Assembly (NCBI GenBank): GCA_964426915.1
Contig: CAYRTD010000002.1
Span: 5,059 to 69,058, forward strand
DNA from: an uncultured Bacteroidaceae bacterium
GTDB lineage: Bacteria; Bacteroidota; Bacteroidia; Bacteroidales; GCA-2748055
Length of the DNA: 64,000 nucleotides
Direction: 5' to 3'
A program made the translations under genes and the position numbers. Numbering within the stretch: the first letter of the stretch is position 1; every line of letters begins with the position of its first letter. Positions 56,437 to 64,000 of this stretch are shown in pieces. The notes beneath the pieces are model-generated. The model did not search any database. It saw only the letters and a list, made by a program, of their open reading frames with translations, and was not told the origin of the DNA.

Positions 56437-56954
56437 GATCTTTAATATTATTTGTGAATAAAAATACTAATTTGACCCTGTCTGTAAATCGACAATTCAG
56501 AACCATGTGAAACAAGCTGACAGCCCGACCCGATACTTCAGAGCTTATATTAATATACCAATCAAATACAAAAAGAATACCATAAGTTTTAAGCTTTTTG
56601 TATATTGGGGATAATTATTTGCCCCCGGGGGTTAAAAACTATACTACGTGGAATCAGATATTTCTGTTTCATATGGAAGGTTTATTTCAATAGATCCTTT
56701 CAGAGGATCTGCCTTAATTGTTTCCGGTGCAGAGCACAACTGTATGTCTGACCTTCCGGCCCTGTCATTTGTTTATTTTGTAGATATATTTATTGGATGG
56801 CTCTCTATTCAAAATATCTGTGGGGCTAAATGTTATTGCTTATGAGAATGATCCGGGATCAAAATATAAAAATTTCTTACACTGGCATTCTAGAGCCTTT
56901 TTTCTTTAAGGTGCCTTGTAAAAATAAATTTCGACAAATTTTAAATAGATCGTT

Positions 56955-57497
56955 ATGAAACAAAAAACTACGAGATTTACAGTTTTTATTTTAATATTTT
57001 TATGTGGTATGGCACTGAGCTCATTTATTAATAATCATAAAGAAAATTCAATGCTGGATACAAAAAGAGTTGCCCAGGTAGGTATAATTGTTCCTGATAT
57101 CGATAAAGCTGCCGAAGCTTATGCGAAACTTTTCGGGTTGGAAGTTCCAGAAATCATTCAGGCCCAAAATCCTGAAAATAATCCAACCACCTATAAAGAT
57201 AAGTTAACTGAGGCAAGCTGTAGACTTGCTTTTTTCAATCTTGAAAATATTCAGCTTGAACTTATTCAACCTCTGGGAAAACCCAGTACCTGGAATGACT
57301 TTCTGGAGGAAACCGGAGGTGGTATTCATCATATCGCTTTCTGGGTTAAAGGAATGAATGGGCAGCTAAAAAAACTTAAGATGATGGGCATGAAGGAGGT
57401 ACAGCATGGGGGGTGGAAAGGCGGACAATACAGTTATGTAGAGACCTCCGAAGATATGGCTGTGATAATAGAATTATTAGAAAATTTGAGTGAGTAG
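56955..57497 (+). CDS. VOC-family (glyoxalase / methylmalonyl-CoA-epimerase-like) protein with an N-terminal hydrophobic leader
   Basis: 180 aa. VAQVGIIVPDIDKAAEAY ... IQLELIQP ... GGIHHIAFWV is the VOC beta-alpha-beta-beta-beta pattern. An alternative ATG at 57051 would remove the leader. Confidence 0.75.
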   Translation: MKQKTTRFTVFILIFLCGMALSSFINNHKENSMLDTKRVAQVGIIVPDIDKAAEAYAKLFGLEVPEIIQAQNPENNPTTYKDKLTEASCRLAFFNLENIQLELIQPLGKPSTWNDFLEETGGGIHHIAFWVKGMNGQLKKLKMMGMKEVQHGGWKGGQYSYVETSEDMAVIIELLENLSE

Positions 57498-57562
57498 GCT
57501 CTGATAATTCTTTATAATGAAAATGACGTTTTTGAATTATTAATCAAAAAAATAAACCGAGT

Positions 57563-58717
57563 ATGAAAAAGAGAAAAATCAGAATGGGAATGATTGGTGG
57601 AGGCCCCGGAAGCTTTATTGGTCTGGTTCATTTTAACGGAGCCGTTCTTGACGGGCAGATAGAGCTGGTTTGCGGAGCTTTCAGTTCCGATCCTGAAAAG
57701 TCAAAAATTGCCGGTGAACAGTATTTCCTTCCATCTGAAAGAATATATAAATCCTATCAGGAGATGTTTGAGAAGGAAAAGATCATGGATCCTGATAAGA
57801 GAATGGATTTCGTTTGTATAGCTACCCCAAATCATGTTCATTTTGATCCCGCAAGGCTTGCGCTTGAAAACGGTTTCCATGTGGTTATCGATAAGCCTAT
57901 GACCATTAGCGTTGAAGAAGCTGAAGATCTGGTGAAGCTTGTTGAGAAGACAGGTCTGCTATTTGCTCTCACACACGTTTATACTGGATATCCAATGGTG
58001 AAAGAGGCCAGAAAACTTATTTCAGACGGAGAATTGGGCAATTTGCGAAAAATTGTTGTTGAGTATCCTCAAGGTTGGCTCAGCACTGCACTTGAAAAAA
58101 CGGACAATGTACAGGCAAGCTGGAGAGCCGATCCAAAAAAATCCGGTAAAGTGGGCTGCATGGGTGATGTTGGAACACATGCCTTCAACCTTGCTGAATA
58201 CATCAGCGGTTTGAAGGTATCACAAATTTGCGCTGATCTTACTACTTTTGTTGAAGACCGGAAACTTGATGACGACGGCAATGTCCTTTTACGATTTGAA
58301 AATGGAGCCAAAGGGGTTCTCCACGCCAGCCAGGTTTCTGCCGGAGAAGAAAACAACATTAATATCCGGATCTATGGAGAAAAGGGAGGAATAGAATGGC
58401 ATCAGGTTGAACCCAATACTCTTATTGTTAAATGGCTGGATAAGCCAACCGAGATTCGCCGTTCGGGTAATGCTTACCTTTCTGAAATTGCCGATTATAA
58501 CTGCAGGCTCCCTTTTGGACATCCCGAAGGTCTTATTGAAGCTTTCGCTAATATCTACAGAAATGTTGCAACTTCTATTCAGCATCGATTAGTAAAGGAA
58601 GAAATTCCCGGGCTCGCAAAAGACTATCCTAATGTTTATGATGGTTTGAGAGGTATGGTATTTATTGATAAACTCATCGAATCAAATAATTCCAATCTTA
58701 AATGGACAGAAATTTAA
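57563..58717 (+). CDS. Gfo/Idh/MocA-family NAD(P)-dependent oxidoreductase
   Basis: 384 aa. Rossmann motif IRMGMIGGGPGSFIG and the typical EKPM-like VIDKPM motif. Confidence 0.85.
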   Translation: MKKRKIRMGMIGGGPGSFIGLVHFNGAVLDGQIELVCGAFSSDPEKSKIAGEQYFLPSERIYKSYQEMFEKEKIMDPDKRMDFVCIATPNHVHFDPARLALENGFHVVIDKPMTISVEEAEDLVKLVEKTGLLFALTHVYTGYPMVKEARKLISDGELGNLRKIVVEYPQGWLSTALEKTDNVQASWRADPKKSGKVGCMGDVGTHAFNLAEYISGLKVSQICADLTTFVEDRKLDDDGNVLLRFENGAKGVLHASQVSAGEENNINIRIYGEKGGIEWHQVEPNTLIVKWLDKPTEIRRSGNAYLSEIADYNCRLPFGHPEGLIEAFANIYRNVATSIQHRLVKEEIPGLAKDYPNVYDGLRGMVFIDKLIESNNSNLKWTEI

Positions 58718-58747
58718 ACTATTAACTCACTATAATATATTTATTTT

Positions 58748-59740
58748 ATGGCAAGACCTGTAACATTATTTACCGGACAATGGGCTGATCTTCCCCTGGA
58801 AACTGTTTGTAAAAAAGCCAGGGAATTTGGATATGACGGACTTGAACTCGCCTGCTGGGGAGATCATTTTGAAGTGGATAAGGCAGATCAGAAATATTGT
58901 GATGAGAAGCGCAAGCTACTCGAAAAGTATAATCTTCAGTTATTCTCTATCTCAACCCACCTTGTAGGCCAGTCGGTTTGCGATATCATCGATGAAAGAC
59001 ACAAAGCCGTCCTCCCTGATTATATCTGGGGAGACGGAGATCCGGAAGGTGTCAGAAAGAGAGCAGCTAAGGAAATCATTGCTACTGGGGAGGCTGCTGC
59101 CCGGCTGGGGGTAAAGGTTGTTAATGGCTTTACCGGAAGTTCAATATGGCATCTGCTTTATTCCTTTCCGCCGGTACCTGCGGATATGATTGAAAAAGGC
59201 TATCAGGATTTTGCTGAGCGATGGATTCCCATACTTGACAGATACAAAGAACTGGATATAAAATACGGACTGGAAGTCCATCCTACTGAAATTGCTTTCG
59301 ATATAGTGACAGCTGAAAAAGCCCTTATGGCGCTGGATAATCATCCTTCATTCGGCTTCAACTACGATCCGAGCCACATGGGTTACCAGGGTGTTGATTA
59401 TGTGGAATTCATCTATCGTTTCAGCAAAAAGATTGTACATGTTCATATAAAGGATGCTGCCTGGTCCGTTGCTCCAAAGGAGGCCGGCGTCTTCGGAGGC
59501 CATACTGAATTTGGCGATCACCGGCGCTACTGGACTTTTGTTAGTCCCGGAAGGGGAGATGTGGATTTTGAACCCATTATCCGCGCACTGAACCATATTG
59601 GCTATGACGGTCCCTTATCAGTTGAATGGGAAGATTCCGGTATGGACCGCGAACATGGTGCAGCTGAATCCTGCGATTTTGTTAAGAGCATGGATTTCAA
59701 ACCCTCTGGTCAGTCTTTTGATGATGCCTTTCAGAAATAA
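58748..59740 (+). CDS. sugar phosphate isomerase/epimerase (xylose-isomerase-like TIM barrel)
   Basis: 330 aa. It has [20 protein letters not shown] and SVEWED, a ligand pattern typical of the AP-endonuclease-2/TIM family. Confidence 0.8.
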   Translation: MARPVTLFTGQWADLPLETVCKKAREFGYDGLELACWGDHFEVDKADQKYCDEKRKLLEKYNLQLFSISTHLVGQSVCDIIDERHKAVLPDYIWGDGDPEGVRKRAAKEIIATGEAAARLGVKVVNGFTGSSIWHLLYSFPPVPADMIEKGYQDFAERWIPILDRYKELDIKYGLEVHPTEIAFDIVTAEKALMALDNHPSFGFNYDPSHMGYQGVDYVEFIYRFSKKIVHVHIKDAAWSVAPKEAGVFGGHTEFGDHRRYWTFVSPGRGDVDFEPIIRALNHIGYDGPLSVEWEDSGMDREHGAAESCDFVKSMDFKPSGQSFDDAFQK

Positions 59741-59766
59741 GACAATGAGCTTTTAATATTAGAAAG

Positions 59767-59792
59767 AGACGCTACGAAAGAGCGTCTTTTTT
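59767..59792 (+). terminator. rho-independent terminator
   Basis: AGACGCT (59767-59773) pairs with AGCGTCT (59781-59787) around a 7-nt loop, followed by TTTTT. Confidence 0.8.
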
Positions 59793-59880
59793 CATTAAAA
59801 CTATTTTGTAACTATTTTTATTTTCGGACGTCTTAATTTTGTCAGTTTTATCCTTCAACACAAATTATTCTATTCCTGCG

Positions 59881-62295
59881 ATGATAAAAAATTTCCTTAT
59901 ACACGGGTTAAGAGTTTTCACAAGGCAGAAGTCTTATTTTTTTCTTAACGTCATAGGCTTATCTATTGGCATAGCAACCAGTCTTTTTATTTTTATTTAT
60001 ATCCTGAATGAATTAAGTTATGACAATTTCCATGAGAAAAAAGACAGAATTTACCGGTTGATCCTGGAAGGTAAGATTGGAGAACAGGAGGTGATCACAA
60101 CTTCTTCGGCATCACCAGTCGGACCTTATATGTATGCTGAATTTCCTGAAGTGGAGGAGTTTTGCAGGATGGATTCCTGGGGAGAGACGGTGTTAAAATA
60201 CGAAGATAATATCTTTACAGAAGAAAAATTTATTCAGGTTGATTCCTCTTTTTTTAATATATTTTCCATCCCGCTTTTAAACGGAGATAAAAATTCCGTG
60301 TTAAATCAACCGCATACCCTGGTATTGTCTGAGTCTACCTCCAGAAAATTATTTGGCCATGCGGATGCAGTAGGTAGGATGATAAGGGTTGGGACCGATA
60401 CAAGTCTTTACAGGGTAACCGGAGTGATGGCAGATTTTCCCTCAAATTCTCACTTTGAAGCCAATGTTCTGGCCTCATTCATGACAAATAGCAGGTCGGA
60501 CGATAACAACTGGCTTTCAAATAGTTTTACAACTTATTTATTATTAAAACCCGGAGCGGAGGCTTCAGGTGTTAATGAGAAACTACCGGAAATGATCACA
60601 AATAATGTGGGTTCATTTCTTGAACAATATCTTGGTGTAAGTTTGGAAGAATTTATTGCCGGAGGTAACCGTTATAATATGCATCTCCAAGAGATGAGTG
60701 ATATTCATCTGAATCCGAAAATAGATCATCAGCAAAAGCCGGCAACCGACCCAAAATATCTGTATATTTTTGGAAGCATCGCACTGTTGATCATCATTAT
60801 TGCATCCATTAACTTCATGAATCTCTCTACTGCCCAGGCTTCAAAAAGGGCAAGAGAGGTAGGTATAAAAAAGGTTAGTGGTTCCTCACGGGCTGCTTTG
60901 ATCGGACAGTTTCTGTTCGAATCGGTATTTCTCACCTTTATTTCCCTGTTGCTTTCTTTTGTGATAGTATGGTTATGTCTTCCTTATATTAATCAATTCA
61001 TTCGCGCTGAACTGGAGATGAACGTATTTTCTGAATGGTACTTCCTGCCCCTTCTTTTACTATTTTCTATTATGATTGGAATCTTTGCCGGATCTTACCC
61101 GGCTTTCTATCTTTCTTCTTTTTCACCCATAAAAGTTTTGAAATCAGGCATTACCCCCAGTAAGGCAAATACTAAACTAAGGAGTATACTCGTGGTCATT
61201 CAGTTCTCGATTTCTATCATACTGATTATTGGTACATTGATCATGTTTAAGCAGATCAACTTTATGCTGAAAAAGGATCTCGGATTTGATAAGGAGAGAA
61301 TACTGGTTATTTCGCGGGCAGGAGCACTTAAAAACCGGGTGGAATCGTTTAAGAATGAGGTAAAATCCATTCCAGAAGTCCTCAATGTGAGCGCTTCTAC
61401 TGCTGTACCCGGACGAAATAATAACACCAATGGATATTCGATCGAAAAAAGATCAGATGAATCATTTCTACTTGAAACCAACTGGGTCGATTACGATTAC
61501 TTTGACACCTATGGCCTTCAGCTGGTTGAAGGCAGGTTTTTTGACCGTGATTTCGAAACCGATAAAGAAAAAGTGGTAATTAATCATTCGGCTGTTAGAA
61601 GTTTTGGGCTTGAGCCGTCTGAAAGCAGATTCATTATTCGCGAAAATGACCAGGAATATTTTATGCCTGTTGTTGGGGTGTTAAAGGATTTCCATTTCAA
61701 ATCACTTCACAGCGCGATTGAGCCTTATATATTTCTGTATAAAAAAGAGACTATGCAATGGGGCTACATAAGTGTTAAACTTGCTGGTAGTTTTACCTCT
61801 CAGACAATCGATAGAATAGAGGATCATTGGGAAAGTTTTACTTCCAATGATCCGCTTCAGTACTTTTTTCTTGATGCTGATTTTGATCAGAAATACAAAG
61901 AGGAAAGGCAAAATGCGACTTTATCTATATTATTTTCAATTCTTGCAATTTTTATTGCCTCGCTGGGATTATTCGGGCTGACTTCTTTTACAATTGAAGC
62001 CCGAACCAAAGAAATAGGAATCAGAAAGGCTATGGGCGCCAGTGTTATAAGGATTTTTTATCTTATCTCAAAAGATATTGGATTGCTGGTGATAATATCC
62101 ACGCTGATAGCCTGGCCGGTCATTTATTACATTGGGGATAAGTGGTTAAGTAATTATCACTACCGAATCGAGATCGGATTAATGAGCTTTATTATTGGTT
62201 TCCTGGCAGCTTTATTTATTGCTCTAATCACCATTAGTTACCGGGCAATTAAATCTGCAAGGATGAATCCGGCTCTTTCACTCCGGTATGAATAA
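59881..62295 (+). CDS. ABC transporter permease with two FtsX/MacB modules
   Basis: 804 aa from ATG 59881 (the ORF-track start 59839 is TTG). It has two MacB-like periplasmic domains, each followed by an FtsX bundle (REVGIKKVSGS and KEIGIRKAMGA). Confidence 0.85.
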   Translation: MIKNFLIHGLRVFTRQKSYFFLNVIGLSIGIATSLFIFIYILNELSYDNFHEKKDRIYRLILEGKIGEQEVITTSSASPVGPYMYAEFPEVEEFCRMDSWGETVLKYEDNIFTEEKFIQVDSSFFNIFSIPLLNGDKNSVLNQPHTLVLSESTSRKLFGHADAVGRMIRVGTDTSLYRVTGVMADFPSNSHFEANVLASFMTNSRSDDNNWLSNSFTTYLLLKPGAEASGVNEKLPEMITNNVGSFLEQYLGVSLEEFIAGGNRYNMHLQEMSDIHLNPKIDHQQKPATDPKYLYIFGSIALLIIIIASINFMNLSTAQASKRAREVGIKKVSGSSRAALIGQFLFESVFLTFISLLLSFVIVWLCLPYINQFIRAELEMNVFSEWYFLPLLLLFSIMIGIFAGSYPAFYLSSFSPIKVLKSGITPSKANTKLRSILVVIQFSISIILIIGTLIMFKQINFMLKKDLGFDKERILVISRAGALKNRVESFKNEVKSIPEVLNVSASTAVPGRNNNTNGYSIEKRSDESFLLETNWVDYDYFDTYGLQLVEGRFFDRDFETDKEKVVINHSAVRSFGLEPSESRFIIRENDQEYFMPVVGVLKDFHFKSLHSAIEPYIFLYKKETMQWGYISVKLAGSFTSQTIDRIEDHWESFTSNDPLQYFFLDADFDQKYKEERQNATLSILFSILAIFIASLGLFGLTSFTIEARTKEIGIRKAMGASVIRIFYLISKDIGLLVIISTLIAWPVIYYIGDKWLSNYHYRIEIGLMSFIIGFLAALFIALITISYRAIKSARMNPALSLRYE

Positions 62296-62297
62296 TG

Positions 62298-62918
62298 TTA
62301 GCGTGTTCCGAAAATTCTGTCCCCTGCATCTCCTAAGCCCGGAAAAATGTAGCCTTTTTCATTAAGGCCTTCATCAAGAGCGGCCAGGACGACCTCTACG
62401 TCGGGATGATCGGTTTCAATGCGGCTTACTCCTTCCGGGGCTCCTACTATGGAAACAAGTTTTATCGTCTTTGCACCTTTGGATTTTACATCACGGATAG
62501 CGGCGCTGGCACTTCCACCAGTAGCCAGCATCGGATCAAGTATCATTACCACAGCTTCGGGAAGTGATGGAGGAAATTTGGCGTAATAGGAAATCGGCTT
62601 TAGTGTTTCTTCATTCCGGTAAAGTCCTATGTGACCTACTTTGGCTGTTGGAATAAGATGGGCTATTCCGTCAACCATCCCCAGTCCTGCACGTAATATA
62701 GGTACCAGTACTATTTCCCTGGCAAGCTGATGCGTCCGGCACTCAGCAACAGGTGTTTCAATCGTGACCTCGCTCATTGGCAGGTCACGTGTAATTTCAT
62801 AGGCCATTAAACCGGCAATCTCCTGCAAATTCTGGCGAAAATCTTTCGTCCGGGTGTCTTTATTCCTTAAGATAGTCAGTTTATGAGTGATTAAGGGATG
62901 ATTGAGTACTTTATGCAT
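62298..62918 (-). CDS. upp: uracil phosphoribosyltransferase
   Basis: 206 aa. It has LVPILRAGLGM and the PRPP motif VMILDPMLATGGSA. Confidence 0.93.
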   Translation of the reverse strand: MHKVLNHPLITHKLTILRNKDTRTKDFRQNLQEIAGLMAYEITRDLPMSEVTIETPVAECRTHQLAREIVLVPILRAGLGMVDGIAHLIPTAKVGHIGLYRNEETLKPISYYAKFPPSLPEAVVMILDPMLATGGSASAAIRDVKSKGAKTIKLVSIVGAPEGVSRIETDHPDVEVVLAALDEGLNEKGYIFPGLGDAGDRIFGTR

Positions 62919-62972
62919 GGAAAACTGTTTAGTGAATCTTTACCTGAGCATAAAGTTATAATTTTTCCCGGA

Positions 62973-63758
62973 TTAAAAGACCACAACATAATCGGTATAA
63001 TCAAAATCAATATTCTCATTCAAAAAAGTCCGGAACTTCTCATCTATTTCAAGTATTTTTTCCTGTTGAGATAAAAAATCCTGTGATGGCGGATCCAGTG
63101 GTACAGGGAAATACTCATTTCTTCGGTCTGCAGTATCAAAGATCGTCCATAAACTATAGATCCCTTTTTTATCTCCCCGGTCTCCTTTCAGGACATAATT
63201 ATAGTACCCCTCTATATTAGCCTGATATGCAGGGTGGTAATCCTGAATAATAAAGTTCTCAAAATCTTCCTGTTTTTCCTCATCCACTTCAAAAAACCGT
63301 AGTGCTATTATTTCACCTAACTGGGGCATGATCAATTCATTAAAACCTACGACTACGAAGTCTGTATAGGAATTAATACTGTCAACAAGTGGTTGCTTCG
63401 GTGCCAGGAAATCGAATCTTGTAAGCACCGCGTTCCACTGCGGATAATTGGCCATTTCGGATGTAGGGAAATAGTAATCGCGGGTGCATTTATAATTGAA
63501 TGTCCATGCAAAAATATATTCCCCGCTGCGGTTTCCACGATCGCCTTTCATTACCCAGCCTGAAGCTCCTTTGGAATGCTCTGTTATAAGATCACACCAT
63601 CGGCTGTAATAATTCTGGAAAACAATTTCACTGGTATTTTTACTTAATTCAAGTTCCCTGAGAGCGATAACTTCCGGAAGGTTTTGCCCTGAAACCCCCG
63701 TAAATATACCGGAGATGAGAATTATAATTGCCAGGTATAAATTTTTCTTTTTTTTCAT
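62973..63758 (-). CDS. secreted hypothetical protein built from two homologous halves
   Basis: 261 aa. A signal peptide precedes two repeats (VMKGDRGNRSGEYIFAWTF...DYYFP...YTDFVVVGF and VLKGDRGDKKGIYSLWTIF...NEYFP...YTDYVVVF). Confidence 0.75.
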   Translation of the reverse strand: MKKKKNLYLAIIILISGIFTGVSGQNLPEVIALRELELSKNTSEIVFQNYYSRWCDLITEHSKGASGWVMKGDRGNRSGEYIFAWTFNYKCTRDYYFPTSEMANYPQWNAVLTRFDFLAPKQPLVDSINSYTDFVVVGFNELIMPQLGEIIALRFFEVDEEKQEDFENFIIQDYHPAYQANIEGYYNYVLKGDRGDKKGIYSLWTIFDTADRRNEYFPVPLDPPSQDFLSQQEKILEIDEKFRTFLNENIDFDYTDYVVVF

Positions 63759-63947
63759 GGTTCAAAAATTAAAAATTACATGTGCAATGTTTTCTTAATC
63801 ACCTTTCCTTGTATTCTAAGATCAAAGGTTTGCCGATTCGTACATGCTAACCAGAGTCTATGGAGTACGGTTTCTGGATCATAACCGAACCGCCAGTTGG
63901 CGGTGAGCTCAGCGAAGCTAATGTTCTGGATCAGCAATCCAGATATC

Positions 63948-63966
63948 GGACATAATGGACAGACAC
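63948..63966. repeat. recurrent motif copy C (GGACATAATGGACAGACAC)
   Basis: 17 of 19 positions match copy A. It lies about 190 nt upstream of the 62973..63758 gene when read on the minus strand. Confidence 0.8.
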
Positions 63967-64000
63967 TTCTATGAATGTACAATTTATCTCATATCCCGAT

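Noticed and set aside
56622-56631. CCCCCGGGGG palindrome, and the GAACATGTTC palindrome at 17235-17244 taken alone
   Set aside because: Perfect 10-bp palindromes are expected many times by chance in 64 kb. The one at 17235 was kept only as part of the larger half-site cluster finding.
14493-63966. Motif copies as att-like direct repeats bounding a genomic island
   Set aside because: The intervals between copies contain core housekeeping genes (purH, mreBCD, mrdA, rodA, rsmA, pgi) and no integrase or transposase.
63776-63982. 68-aa minus-strand ORF at the window end
   Set aside because: It has no recognisable features and overlaps the hairpin-rich spacer. It is better explained as noncoding.

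Overview
This 64-kb chromosomal segment reads as a low-GC member of Bacteroidota. Supporting signs are TAnnTTTG-type -7 promoter boxes 15-50 nt upstream of start codons, no obvious Shine-Dalgarno sequences, a CarboxypepD_reg-type TonB-dependent receptor, an HYC_CC_PP-like protein and an extra-long CzcA. About 50 tightly packed protein genes are present, mostly housekeeping. In order they are: menB-menA-menC-menE, then a small ORF and a 1133-aa orphan; a His-rich small protein with a TonB-dependent receptor; an erythromycin-esterase-like gene, a 381-aa orphan, pcm and an M50/CBS protease; a five-gene heavy-metal RND efflux locus; a lipoprotein; a peptidase/PD40/beta-barrel fusion; an orphan UvrD-like helicase; YkgJ and YceI; a hybrid sensor kinase, Hsp20 and a GAF sensor; patB-like, rsmA, mgtE and an FtsX permease; purH-mreB-mreC-mreD-mrdA-rodA; a KamA-like radical SAM gene; acpH; a COG2403-like P-loop protein; an EamA transporter; pgi; a TPR protein; a VOC / Gfo-Idh-MocA / TIM-barrel isomerase trio; a double FtsX permease; upp; and a duplicated-domain secreted protein. 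I recognised no rRNA, tRNA, CRISPR array, transposase, integrase or phage gene, and no canonical defence system. The items most worth follow-up are: (1) the 92-aa plus 1133-aa orphan pair attached to the men operon; (2) two divergent HY..PP small membrane proteins, one Cys-type in front of a metal exporter and one His-type in front of a TonB importer; (3) a duplicated roughly 58-nt hairpin element upstream of the TonB operon; (4) a 14-19 nt motif (GGACAWWATGGACAGACA) found three times, always intergenic and in the same orientation, twice next to hairpin-rich sequence; (5) a hybrid histidine kinase whose phospho-acceptor His is Tyr. All functional calls come from reading motifs by eye. No searches or computations were run.
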